DNA from: Macrostomum hystrix
Taxonomy: Eukaryota; Animalia; Platyhelminthes
Length of the DNA: 64,000 bases
NCBI GenBank assembly: GCA_950097015.1
Contig: CATNEN010000031.1
Coordinates: 1,736,001 to 1,800,000 of the forward strand
Reading direction: 5' to 3'
The stretch's first letter is position 1, and each line of letters starts with the position of its first letter. Positions 49,831-62,771 of the stretch are shown in pieces. The notes beneath the pieces are model-generated. The model saw only the letters and a program-made list of their open reading frames with translations, was not told the DNA's origin and ran no database searches. The position numbers were made by a program, and so were the translations under genes.

Positions 49831-51413
49831 GGACTGACTTCAAGCTGGTGATAAAGGCATCCAAATCGCCTATACTAAAGGCGAAGGACACTTGCCATGA
49901 TGGCAACTTCAACAATGAGTACTTTTTCTTTTTTTATTTAGAAGTTTTCTATTTTTAGCAGCATCCTTATATTTTGAGCTCTGAATACAAGTGCTAAGCC
50001 AATCAATTTACTATATTGTGGTAATAACATAAGGAGCCTTCTATGTAATCATTTTACATATGCATTAATTCCCTACCACATGGAGACTGGTACCAACACA
50101 GCTGACCTGGAGGATGCAAATTGGCAGTGGCAGCAGCGGCCCATCATGGATTGCTCCAAGCCCCACCTCCAGCTGGGAGACTGACAGAGCCAGGAACCTC
50201 TTGGATGATGAGAGACAGGCAGTGTTGGATGACAGAGTTGGGGTGGCAGTGCATTACTACCCCAGCTCTGTGCACTGGCAACTTGTATTAGCAATAGCAC
50301 AGATGGCAGCCTATGCCTTTGTGGGCCATCTGCCAACAGTGCCAGCTGCCAAAGATCCTGCTTGAGGCTCAGGAACAATGTATAAGTAGCATGGCCAAAT
50401 GCAATGGAAGTTTAAAGGTGAAAAATAAAAACTTATGGTTTAAAGAACTTGAACTCATCATATTTTTGTGCCTGACTAAATGCATTTGATTAAAATTATT
50501 TTCTTCTTTGCCTATGTGACTGAAGTTTGCCTGAATTTTAACTTTCTTCCTTAATCATTTTTTACTTCTTCTGTCTTTAATCTAATTAGTCTGTGTTTTT
50601 TTACTTTATTTTTTGGATCTTGCCATGACTAGAATCTTAGAGCCTTGGTCAGCCACTTCAATAAACTCCCACATTTGAAACTTATACTGGGTGTTTAACA
50701 GCAATTTTCCTTTTTTGGTGCTAAATCACTCTTGCTAAAGCAAAGTAAATCAAGGGTATTTTCTTTTCTGTTTAAATTAATAAGATAAATTTGGACTAAA
50801 TGAAGATCAATCTTATTTATTACTAAATAATTTTAATTTTAAAACTAATTTAGCAATCTAAAAATAATTTATGAACTTATTATTGAAGTAAATTAAATAC
50901 TTTTATACTTATTGCAAAAAGTGTTTATCTTTCCAACACAACAGAAGAAATATAAAAGTTATGTAAAGTTGCACCTGTTTACATTTATTTTTAAACTACT
51001 TGCCAACTTGTACCCAATGCCTAACATGTAATTTATTCAGCTCTAAGTAAGCTACAGAAATGGTTGGTCAAAAACTAACTGTCTTCTACTTTTCTAGTGC
51101 CACAGGTTTGGTTGTAGACCTAACTTAGACATATAAATATGAATAAAAATATAAACACATTACACATATATACTTTAACTTGACATGCCAAATCAAGTTA
51201 TAAGCCTTTATATACTTATAGACCTAACTTTAACTCTATAAAGAGAAGACAGCAAGTGAAGTTTGAAGTCAATCATAAAACCGTGAGTATTTTATAGTAT
51301 TAATTTAAATAAGCCCTAGCCTAGGCATAGATTCAAGATTAAACAGCTGCCTGTATCATCAAGCAACATCTACGTGATATTAAAGGTGATGGTAACATTT
51401 TTATATGCAGTTA

Positions 51414-53339
51414 CTAGCTTTTTTTGCCCGTTGTTTCTGGGGCAGAAATTTAAAGCAAAGCAGTAAGCAATTAACGTCTCTGTATTAACTTTATAGTGAA
51501 GGTCACCATATATTCATTTACTGCATTAATGAAAAGTGAAGAGTTTGTTTAAGGGCGTTTTAAGTAAAAAATAAGTGAAAAGTTTGTCCAAACAGCCCCC
51601 TCTTGATTACTTCTTTAGAAACATGTCTCTTAGCCACTCCTCTATACAGTCAGTGGCAGATCCAGGAATTTTGTTTTGGGGCGGTCTGTCAGGGGAGCGC
51701 CATGAAAATCACAGAGTGGGTGCCAGCGGCCGAAAAAGGGCGCCAGAAGCCAAGAAAGGGCGCCAGCGGCTGAAAAACGGGAGCCAGCGGCTGAAAAAGG
51801 GGCGCCAGCGGCCGAAAAGGGGCGCCAGTGCTGCGACTGGCGCCCCTGGTGGAGGCATCTTATTCCCATGATTAAAATTTATGGGGGCGACTGCCCCCCC
51901 GCCCCCCTAAATCTGCCTCTGTATACAGTATGCATGTACACGCGTATACATAAGGAAAATAGCCATGGCATAACAATAACAATGTCAAAGAAACAAAATT
52001 AAACTTTTTCAGAGTTCAGAGTTAGACAGGTCAAGGTCAATTCGTGACTAATTTTCTATTAATTGCTTGCGAGTCACCTCAAGGCCTGGGGATACACCAC
52101 ATTCTTCGTTCTTTCCCTTGGTGCGAAAATGAATAGGCCAGCTGGAGTTCCAACACGGGAGCAGGCGACATAAAGCTGCCCATGCGAGAAGCAAGGAGTC
52201 TCCAGGTTGATGCCAGCTACCTTCAGCGACTGTCCCTGAGCCTTGTTAATAGTCATCGCAAAGCACACTCTCACAGGGAACTGCAGTCGCTTGAACTGAA
52301 ATGGCAGGTCCGTGGGGATAATTGGAATCCGGGGAACAAACACAGACTCTCCTCTGCCAGATCCAGTCATTATCGTGGCCTCAATCACGTGTGGGAAGAG
52401 CCGCCTGACTATCAGTCTGGTGCCGTTACACAGCCTTGGCGCATTCAGGTTGCGGAGGAGCATAATTGGTGCCCCAACTTTCAGCTGCAAGTTGTGCGAT
52501 GGAGTTGCAGGAGGATCTAGAGAGTTCAGAAACTCAACAGGATACTCCACAGCGGTGTCATCAGTCAACGTTGTATCAATTGACTTGTAGGTGAAAACTG
52601 CACCTGGCAACTCCTGAAGCAGTTGGTAGTTAATTTCATTGGCGGCATCATTTCTAGGACACAGAATTGCCCTCTCTGACAGCCAGTCAACGCCAGCCTC
52701 TCTCTTTTTTCTATCCCAGGCTGGCTGGAGAGAAATATCGACCGGAGAGCCCTGCGCACTGGGACGCCACCGCACTCACCGCACTCAGTCTCAGTGCTGC
52801 TTGGGGGCCAGTAGACAGTCTAGGGGTTTGGGCTGTGTACATTCACGGCTTGAAATACAATGTACAGTCTTGGGCTTCGGCGCCCGGGGAAGGGAGGGGG
52901 TGGCTGTAATAAAATTTGGCCCGCAGAGTGGCGGAGGGGAGTTGGGGTGGCTGTCCTCGGAAAACAAAAAGTGACTCACTTTGAGATGATGCAGCTTTGC
53001 TCTGGATTGAGTAGAGATGTTCAAAATTGACAGCATTGTTGGAAAACATGTAAAGTGTAAGAGGATCAAATTTGGAGAAAATCTGACAAAGTGGGGCGAC
53101 GATATGTCGAATTGAGTGATTTTTTGACGATTTTTGAGCAGTTTTTTGCACTTTTGAGCAGGAAGGAAATGATTTTTCGGGAATTTGAGTAGCCTATTGC
53201 ACTCAGCGTAGGTGGTTTTAGGTATGTGCAAAGTTTGGTGCGATTTGGTTGAGCGGTTTCGGCGTCTATAAAGACAAAAGGTTGCACACACACACACACA
53301 CACACAGACAGACAGAGTTTTCACTTTTATATATATAGA
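51414..53339 (-). mobile_element. Non-autonomous Helitron copy 1 (1,926 bp) with PIF1-helicase C-terminal fragment (ORF 52074-52775)
   Basis: On -: A|TCTATATATATAAAAG 5' end followed by a (CTGT)/(GT) microsatellite; TGCCC/GGGCA hairpin and CTAG|T 3' end; no TSD. Helicase motifs MLLRNL…LCNGTRL, QFPVRVCFAMTINKAQGQSL, FSHGQLYVACSRV. Confidence 0.92.
51651..51921. mobile_element. hAT-type MITE (271 bp) inside Helitron 1
   Basis: Imperfect TIRs CAGTGGCAGATCCAGG / CCTAAATCTGCCTCTG; 8-bp TSD tatacagt at 51643-50 and 51922-29; internal ~21-bp repeats. Confidence 0.8.
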
Positions 53340-54456
53340 TTTACGTGTAAAACTAAAAGGAAGTCACGGAATTCTAGTAACAAGTTTTTAATTTGAATTA
53401 AAAAAAACTGCACATAACTTATAGACTAAACTTTTATTTATAAGATGCCTATATTTCAGTGGACACTTATAAAGACAAAGAATAGCTAAGTTATTGCAAA
53501 TAGAATTATTACTTGACGGTCTAAGTAGTGAAGTTACCCAATGCAATTTGTTTCTTGGAACAGGTTTTGATAAAAAAGTTTAATTTTTCTATAAGTTTTA
53601 ACAAAAACTTTTATAAATTTTCTTAAAAGCGAAATTGTGCCCTGATTTTCATTAGAAACACAATACAATTTCTTAAAGTGTTTGCTTGCACTAATTCATT
53701 GTAATATTATATACAAATTTGTGACCAATTTGGAGTTATTTTAAAGTCACGATTTATAAAAAATCACTAGAAGCCCATGATGTGCTATTAACATTCACTG
53801 AACTTTTAAGTGGAATAAGTAGCCATAGTAGTAGCCATAAGTAGCCAAGTGGAATAAGTGGAATACGTGGCATAAGTAGCCACACATTTAAGTGGCTACT
53901 TATGCTTCTTTATAGGATTAGAAGTTTGTGCGTGTCTATATTTAAATGCAGTTTAATTTTACAAAAATCCCTGATTGAGCATTTTGGGTAAGTTCTGTGA
54001 TTAGAATGTACCCATTTTTGAAGTGCACATCCACGATGCATGAATATGTGCATGTAAAAAATAACAGTTCGGCTCGTCATGCCCCGAAAAGTATCCCAAT
54101 AACATTTTATGGACCGAATCGACGAAAGCTTCGAGAGCCCGAAAAAAACAAATGCACTATTCCAATAACGTGCAGAAAACTTAAATTTTTAACGTGCCTA
54201 CATAAGCCCTTTTTCGATTCTACTATTAGCAGCGCCGCGACTATTTTTGGTTCAAGAATCAATTTTATGTATTTTTTTATTCACGACCGATTCGGACGCC
54301 TCTAAAACGCGCCGACCACTGCGACCACTTAGCAAGCGTGAATTTTTACATCCGGATGAAACACAGAATGTAAGGAATGCAAAACTCCATTGGCTCATCT
54401 CTTGCGAAGCTGGACTTGACATATATTTATATTTAGACTGAAAACTATAATATATA

Positions 54457-56386
54457 CTAGCTTTTTTTGCCCGTTGTTTCTGGGGCAGAAATTTAAAGCA
54501 AAGCAGTAAGCAATTAACGTCTCTGTATTAACTTTATAGTGAAGGTCACCATATATTCATTTACTGCATTAATGAAAAGTGAAGAGTTTGTTTAAGGGCG
54601 TTTTAAGTAAAAAATAAGTGAAAAGTTTGTCCAAACAGCCCCCTCTTGATTACTTCTTTAGAAACATGTCTCTTAGCCACTCCTCTATACAGTCAGTGGC
54701 AGATCCAGGAATTTTGTTTTGGGGCGGTCTGTCAGGGGAGCGCCATGAGAATCACAGAGTGGGTGCCAGCGGCCGAAAAAGGGCGCCAGAAGCCAAGAAA
54801 GGGCGCCAGCGGCTGAAAAACGGGAGCCAGCGGCTGAAAAAGGGGCGCCAGCGGCCGAAAAGGGGCGCCAGTGCTGCGACTGGCGCCCCTGGTGGAGGCA
54901 TCTTATTCCCATGATTAAAATTTATGGGGGCGACTGCCCCCCCGCCCCCCTAAATCTGCCTCTGTATACAGTATGCATGTACACGCGTATACATAAGGAA
55001 AATAGCCATGGCATAACAATAACAATGTCAAAGAAACAAAATTAAACTTTTTCAGAGTTCAGAGTTAGACAGGTCAAGGTCAATTCGTGACTAATTTTCT
55101 ATTAATTGCTTGCGAGTCACCTCAAGGCCTGGGGATACACCACATTCTTCGTTCTTTCCCTTGGTGCGAAAATGAATAGGCCAGCTGGAGTTCCAACACG
55201 GGAGCAGGCGACATAAAGCTGCCCATGCGAGAAGCAAGGAGTCTCCAGGTTGATGCCAGCTACCTTCAGCGACTGTCCCTGAGCCTTGTTAATAGTCATC
55301 GCAAAGCACACTCTCACAGGGAACTGCAGTCGCTTGAACTGAAATGGCAGGTCCGTGGGGATAATTGGAATCCGGGGAACGAACACAGACTCTCCTCTGC
55401 CAGATCCAGTCATTATCGTGGCCTCAATCACGTGTGGGAAGAGCCGCCTGACTATCAGTCTGGTGCCGTTACACAGCCTTGGCGCATTCAGGTTGCGGAG
55501 GAGCATAATTGGTGCCCCAACTTTCAGCTGCAAGTTGTGCGATGGAGTTGCAGGAGGATCTAGAGAGTTCAGAAACTCAACAGGATACTCCACAGCGGTG
55601 TCATCAGTCAACGTTGTATCAATTGACTTGTAGGTGAAAACTGCACCTGGCAACTCCTGAAGCAGTTGGTAGTTAATTTCGTTGGCGGCATCATTTCTAG
55701 GACACAGAATTGCCCTCTCTGACAGCCAGTCAACGCCAGCCTCTCTCTTTTTTCTATCCCAGGCTGGCTGGAGAGAAATATCGACCGGAGAGCCCTGCGC
55801 ACTGGGACGCCACCGCACTCACCGCACTCAGTCTCAGTGCTGCTTGGGGGCCAGTAGACAGTCTAGGGGTTTGGGCTGTGTACATTCACGGCTTGAAATA
55901 CAATGTACAGTCTTGGGCTTCGGCGCCCGGGGAAGGGAGGGGGTGGCTGTAATAAAATTTGGCCCGCAGAGTGGCGGAGGGGAGTTGGGGTGGCTGTCCT
56001 CGGAAAACAAAAAGTGACTCACTTTGAGATGATGCAGCTTTGCTCTGGATTGAGTAGAGATGTTCAAAATTGACAGCATTGTTGGAAAACATGTAAAGTG
56101 TAAGAGGATCAAATTTGGAGAAAATCTGACAAAGTGGGGCGACGATATGTCGAATTGAGTGATTTTTTGACGATTTTTGAGCAGTTTTTTGCACTTTTGA
56201 GCAGGAAGGAAATGATTTTTCGGGAATTTGAGTAGCCTATTGCACTCAGCGTAGGTGGTTTTAGGTATGTGCAAAGTTTGGTGCGATTTGGTTGAGCGGT
56301 TTCGGCGTCTATAAAGACAAAAGGTTGCACACACACAGACAGACACACACACACACAGACAGAGTTTTCACTTTTATATATATAGA
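54457..56386 (-). mobile_element. Non-autonomous Helitron copy 2 (ORF 55117-55818; MITE 54694-54964)
   Basis: Near-identical to copy 1; same termini. Confidence 0.92.
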
Positions 56387-58648
56387 CTAGCTTTTTTTGC
56401 CCGTTTTTTTGGGGCAGAAATTTAAAGCAAAGCAGTAAGCAATTCACGTCTCGGTATTAACTTTATAGTGAAGGTCACCATTTATTTATTTACTGCATTA
56501 ATGAAAAGTGAAGAGTTTGTTTAAGGGCGTTTTAAGTAAAAAATAAGTGAAAAGTTTGTCCAAACAGCCCCCTCTTGATTACTTCTTTAGAAACATGTTT
56601 CTTAGCCACTCCTCTATACAGTCAGTGGCAGATCCAGGAATTTTGTTTTGGGGCGGTCTGTCAGGGGAGCGCCATGAGAATCACAGAGGGGGTGCCAGCG
56701 GCCGAAAAAGGGCGCCAGGAGCCAAGAAAGGGCGCCAGCGGCTGAAAAACGGGAGCCAGCGGCTGAAAAAGGGGCGCCAGCGGCCGAAAAGGGGCGCCAG
56801 TGCTGCGACTGGCGCCCCTGGTGGGGGCATCTTATTCCCATGATTAAAATTTAGGGGGGCGACTGCCCCCCCCGCCCCCCCCCTAAATCTGCCTCTGTAT
56901 ACAGTATGCATGTACACGCGTATACATAAGGAAAATAGCCATGGCATAACAATAACAATGTCAAAGAAACAAAATTAAACTGTTTCAGAGTTCAGAGTTA
57001 GACAGGTCAAGGTTAATTCGTGACTACTTTTCTATTAATTGCTTGCGAGTCACCTCAAGGCCTGGGGATACACCACATTCTTCGTTCTTCCCCTTGGTGC
57101 GAAAATGAATAGGCCAGCTGGAGTTCCAACACGGGAGCAGGCGACATAAAGCTGCCCATGCGAGAAGCAAGGAGTCTCCAGGTTGATGCCAGCCACCTTC
57201 AGCGACTGTCCCTGAGCCTTGTTAATAGTCATCGCAAAGCACACTCTCACAGGGAACTGCAGTCGCTTGAACTGAAATGGCAGGTCCGTGGGGATAATTG
57301 GAATCCGGGGAACGAACAGACTCTCCTCTGCCAGATCCAGTCATTATCGTGGCCTCAATCACGTGTGGGAAGAGCCGCCTGACTATCAGTCTGGTGCCGT
57401 TACACAGCCTTGGCGCATTCAGGTTGCGGAGGAGCATAATTGGTGCCCCAACTTTCAGCTGCAAGTTGTGCGATGGAGTTCCAGGAGGATCTAGAGAGTT
57501 CAGAAACTCAACAGGATACTCCACAGCGGTGTCATCAGTCAACGTTGTATCAATTGACTTGTAGGTGAAAACTGCACCTGGCAACTCCTGAAGCAGTTGG
57601 TAGTTAATTTCGTTGGCGGCATCATTTCTAGGACACAGAATTGCCCTCTCTGACAGCCAGTCAACGTCAGCATATCGAACCATCAGGTTCGGGTAAACTT
57701 TTGCCTTGAGCTCCTGCACTGACTGCACAATGGTTCCGATTGTAGCGATCGATGACTGCCCATCCTCGGTGCTAATCTCCAGCAGACCATTGCCGATTCG
57801 CAATAGATTGGCAGAGAACTCATGAGCTGTTTCGTCTCCTTGAATTGTAGCTCTCATGTTTGTTCGTAGGTGCAACTTCACAACCGATGGCCACAGGTGA
57901 GATGATTTTAGGCAAGCATTAATCTCATCAGCAGGAGTGCCACGCGGAATCACAGGCAGCGTCTGTCTAAAGTCTCCAGACAGCAGCAGAGTGACACCAC
58001 CCATCAGTTGATCGCCAGCCTCTCTCTTCTATCCCAGGCTGGCTGGAGAGAAATATCGCCCTGCGCACTGGGACGCCACCGCACTCACCGCACTCAGTCT
58101 CAGTGCTGCTTGGGGGCCAGTAGACAGTCTAGGGGTTTGGGCTGTGCACATTCACGGCTTGAAATACAATGTACAGTCTGGGGCTTCGGCGCCCGGGGAA
58201 GGGAGGGGGTGGCTGTAATAAAATTTGGCCCGCAGAGTGGCGGAGGGGAGTTGGGGTGGCTGTCCTCGGAAAACAAAAAGTGACTCACTTTGAGATGATG
58301 CAGCTTTGCTCTGGATTGAGTAGAGATGTTCAAAATTGTCAGCATTGTCGGAAAACATGTAAAGTGTAAGTGGATCAAATTTGGAGAAAATCTGACAAAG
58401 TGGGGCGACGATATGTCGAATTGAGTGATTTTTTGACGATTTTTGAGCAGTTTTTTGCACTTTTGAGCAGGAAGGAAATGATTTTTCGGGAATTTGAGTA
58501 GCCTATTGCACTCAGCGTAGGTGGTTCTAGGTATGTGCAAAGTTTGGTGCGATTTGGTTGAGCGGTTTCGGCGTCTATAAAGACAAAAGGTTGCACACAC
58601 ACAGACAGACACACACACACACAGACAGAGTTTTCACTTATATATATA
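56387..58648 (-). mobile_element. Helitron copy 3, longer variant with ~350 bp more helicase (frameshifted; ORFs 57222-58004 and 57050-57250; MITE 56623-56897)
   Basis: Extra motif LLSGDFRQTLPVIPRG…LRTNMRA; 2-bp deletion near 57315; its CTAG abuts the 5' TC of copy 2. Confidence 0.92.
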
Positions 58649-60591
58649 CTAGCTTTTTTTGCCCGTTGTTTTTGGGGCAGAAATTTAAAGCAAAGCAGTA
58701 AGCAATTCACGTCTCTGCAATCACTTTATAGTGAAGGTCACCATTTATTTATTTACTGCATTAATGAAAAGTGAAGAGTTTGTTTAAGGGCGTTTTAAGT
58801 AAAAAATAAGTGAAAAGTTTGTCCAAACAGCCCCCTCTTGATTACTTCTTTAGAAACATGTCTCTTAGCCACTCCTCTATACAGTCAGTGGCAGATCCAG
58901 GAATTTTGTTTTGGGGCGGTCTGTCAGGGGAGCGCCATGAGAATCACAGAGGGGGTGCCAGCGGCCGAAAAAGGGCGCCAGGAGCCAAGAAAGGGCGCCA
59001 GCGGCTGAAAAACGGGAGCCAGCGGCTGAAAAAGGGGCGCCAGCGGCCGAAAAGGGGCGCCAGTGCTGCGACTGGCGCCCCTGGTGGGGGCATCTTATTC
59101 CCATGATTAAAATTTAGGGGGGCGACTGCCCCCCCGCCCCCCCCTAAATCTGCCTCTGTATACAGTATGCATGTACACGCGTATACATAAGGAAAATAGC
59201 CATGGCATAACAATAACAATGTCAAAGAAACAAAATTAAACTGTTTCAGAGTTCAGAGTTAGAAAGTTGGTCAAGGTCAATTCGTGACTACTTTTCTATT
59301 AATTGCTTGCGAGTCACCTCAAGGCCTGGGGATACACCACATTCTTCGTTCTTCCCCTTGGTGCGAAAATGAATAGGCCAGCTGGAGTTCCAACACGGGA
59401 GCAGGCGACATAAAGCTGCCCATGCGAGAAGCAAGGAGTCTCCAGGTTGATGCCAGCCACCTTCAGCGACTGTCCCTGAGCCTTGTTAATAGTCATCGCA
59501 AAGCACACTCTCACAGGGAACTGCAGTTGCTTGAACTGAAATGGCAGGTCCGTGGGGATAATTGGAATCCGGGGAACGAACACAGACTCTCCTCTGCCAG
59601 ATCCAGTCATTATCGTGGCCTCAATCACGTGTGGGAAGAGCCGCCTGACTATCAGTCTGGTGCCGTTACACAGCCTTGGCGCATTCAGGTTGCGGAGGAG
59701 CATAATTGGTGCCCTAACTTTCAGCTGCAAGTTGTGCGATGGAGTTCCAGGAGGATCTAGAGAGTTCAGAAACTCAACAGGATACTCCACAGCGGTGTCA
59801 TCAGTCAACGTTGTATCAATTGACTTGTAGGTGAAAACTGCACCTGGCAACTCCTGAAGCAGTTGGTAGTTAATTTCGTTGGCGGCATCATTTCTAGGAC
59901 ACAGAATTGCCCTCTCTGACAGCCAGTCAACGCCAGCCTCTCTCTTTCTTCTATCCCAGGCTGGCTGGAGAGAAATATCGACCGGAGAGCCCTGCGCACT
60001 GGGACGCCACCGCACTCACCGCACTCAGTCTCAGTGCTGCTTGGGGGCCAGTAGACAGTCTAGGGGTTTGGGCTGTGTACATTCACGGCTTGAAATACAA
60101 TGTACAGTCTGGGGCTTCGGCGCCCGGGGAAGGGAGGGGGTGGCTGTAATAAAATTTGGCCCGCAGAGTGGCGGAGGGGAGTTGGGGTGGCTGTCCTCGG
60201 AAAACAAAAAGTGACTCACTTTGAGATGATGCAGCTTTGCTCTGGATTGAGTAGAGATGTTCAAAATTGACAGCATTGTTGGAAAACATGTAAAGTGTAA
60301 GTGGATCGAATTTGGAGAAAATCTGACAAAGTGGGGCGACGATATGTCGAATTGAGTGATTTTTTGACGATTTTTGAGCAGTTTTTTGCACTTTTGAGCA
60401 GGAAGGAAATTATTTTTCGGGAATTTGAGTAGCCTATTGCACTCAGCGTAGGTGGTTTTAGGTATGTGCAAAGTTTGGTGCGATTTGGTTGAGCGGTTTC
60501 GGCGTCTATAAAGACAAAAGGTTGCACACACACACACACACACACACACAGACAGACAGACAGACAGAGTTTTCACTTTTATATATATAGA
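58649..60591 (-). mobile_element. Non-autonomous Helitron copy 4 (ORF 59314-60015; MITE 58886-59158)
   Basis: Same termini and structure as copies 1 and 2. Confidence 0.92.
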
Positions 60592-61399
60592 TAGATGTAT
60601 GCGTTTTGAGCGTATTTAAAAAGACTAAACACGATTTTTTCAAAGAAGCATTGAGCTTGTTTGAGTGGATAGTGCTCCTGCAGTAACTTTTTTGGTACGA
60701 TAAGGGTTGAAACTCGTATAATCTTTTCATCAGGCTTCAAAGCGAAAAAGCTTACTCCTTTCAAAAGAAACACAAGGAAATCTAGAATAATCTAGTATTC
60801 TAGATGTCCTTGAAGAAACATTGGTTAACACTAGATGAGGAATATAACACAAGATAAAATTGTCAAAGGTCTATAAGCATTTTGCTATGCGAAAAGCGTA
60901 GGAAAATTCCGATATAACAACTAATCAAAGCTGTAAGATATAACAATGGTTTTATAAGCTAGCTAAAAAAATTATGCTGCAAAAATAGCATAGCGTTCCT
61001 AATGATAAAGCAGCTAGTAGTTAAGTTACCGGTGTTGCTTCGCTGTAAAATATTGATTCGTTGATAGTTTCGAAAACTTTTTCTAAAAAGTAGACGTAAA
61101 ATTGTTAAGGCAGGAAAAAGCGGCACTGCAAAAACATCAAGCTTTAATAAAATATTAAATTGCTTCGTTTCTCCAGTCTATAATGATGAGCTATTCAAGT
61201 GTAAGACTTCGCGAAACAGCTTGCAATTCAAATTGGTGCGAAAGTTATCGTTCAAATGTCACTGGGTTTTTATAACGAACCCAAAACATTCCGAGCTTTC
61301 CTAAGCGTAAACATAGCATCTTATTGGACGCACCAATTAGAATTTTAACGAATGTTTTTTTTCTTTGAAACGCAAATATTGCGGCGACGCCTCTTCTTT

Positions 61400-62685
61400 T
61401 CACTCGTCCTGCACAGTGCTGGTGGTCTCGCGCTCCTTCGTGTAGGTGTGACCCTCAGGTGTGCGATAGGTCTCAGTGTTTACCACTGTCTTTCGGTTGC
61501 CAACAGTCTTAGTGCACATCCGGGTGCCAACCAGTTGATCCACCGGGTCGTTCGGACCAATCACAGCTTCCAGCTTGGCGCCTGGCATCGGCGCTGACTT
61601 GCCTGACGTTGCAAAATGAGAGGATCGCAGTTCAAATTCGTGGTAATACGAAATTAAAATAAGGACACAGTAAGGCATCAGAAGAAGGATTGGATGAGGT
61701 GACAGCGGAAACACGAACTGGAAACGGTTTAACATGACCATATAAGCATTGAATAAGGTTGCCATCATTGTTGGTGAGGAGTTATAAATGAGATCCCAGC
61801 AGACCTTGCTCAGGCTCAGGCAGGATAATTTTCCCATCGACTGGCGGCAGAACGTTGCGTCCGAACTCGCCCATGTAGTTGCCCGCCGGCCTGTAGCGGC
61901 CAACAACGTAGACCCGGCCGGTGGCGGAGACGGCCCTGCCAAAGCCGACTTCCTCCGAGGCCTTCCATACCACCTGGGTGAAGTGGCCTGCAATGGCATA
62001 GGGCGGTGACTGGCGAGGTCCAAGATTTCAGTGCTACCTGCATTATCAACCCCCACAAACCCCACCCCACTCCTGAGCCACCAACCCTCACCAACACCAC
62101 CCCACTCCTCCTGCACACCACCCCGCTCCTGTGCACAAACCCCCACAAACCACACCCCCACTCCTGAGCACCAATTCCACAAATACCATCCTCTCTTAAG
62201 TAGTGCTACTGTAAGTAGTAATAACAGCTTTCTGTTTCATAACAAATTCAAAGAATCCTCACCGCACTGTATCTGGTCCTCGACTCCGTCGTCGAAGTTG
62301 TAATCCTCAACCTCGCGATACCAATAGTCCGTGAATAGGCTGCCTGTGGAATTAACGGTGCTTTGTATAGAAACTAATAGTCAGACGATGCTATTACTTT
62401 AGTAATAACATTAGGTATATACTTTAGGTATATTTTAGTTGCTAACCAGGAAAGTCAGTGTGCACTGAGCTGTACTTCATGGCCACATTCTCGCCCAACT
62501 TGTCCGTCTGGCACTGCGGATCGTGCTCAAGCTTGTCATTGGCGGCAATGTGCTCAGCCCACTTCTGAGCGGACTCAGTTAGGCCATGGTTTAGTCTCAG
62601 CGGAGGCACCTGATGCCTCTGACGGTAGGTGTTGTGTGAGTCCAAGATCTCTTTCAGGAACTGCTCCATTAGTCCGGGAGTTGGT
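61400..62685 (-). CDS. CAP/SCP-domain protein, GAPR-1/GLIPR2-like, with C-terminal extension; 5' end unresolved
   Basis: Exons complement(62447-62685, 62263-62343, 61805-61987, 61400-61602), phases consistent. HNTYRQRHQVPPLRL, GENVA, WYREVEDYNF, GHFTQVVWK, VVGRYRPAGN, NVLPP. Start is either ATG 62669 or an upstream exon. Confidence 0.88.
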
Positions 62686-62771
62686 CTGTGTGGAATGCGG
62701 TTTTTTATTCTTGCTACGTTCATCATAAAAGACAAGATAGCCGTATAACTAAAAACTCAAGTCCGGGGACT

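Noticed and set aside
50073-50378. Short ORFs on both strands between the LINE and the Helitrons
   Set aside because: No recognisable motif or exon structure.
52074-60015. Host PIF1 helicase gene family or captured host gene
   Set aside because: Fragments lack motif I and any Rep domain, begin in non-coding element sequence and lie within Helitron termini; they are remnants of the element's own RepHel gene.
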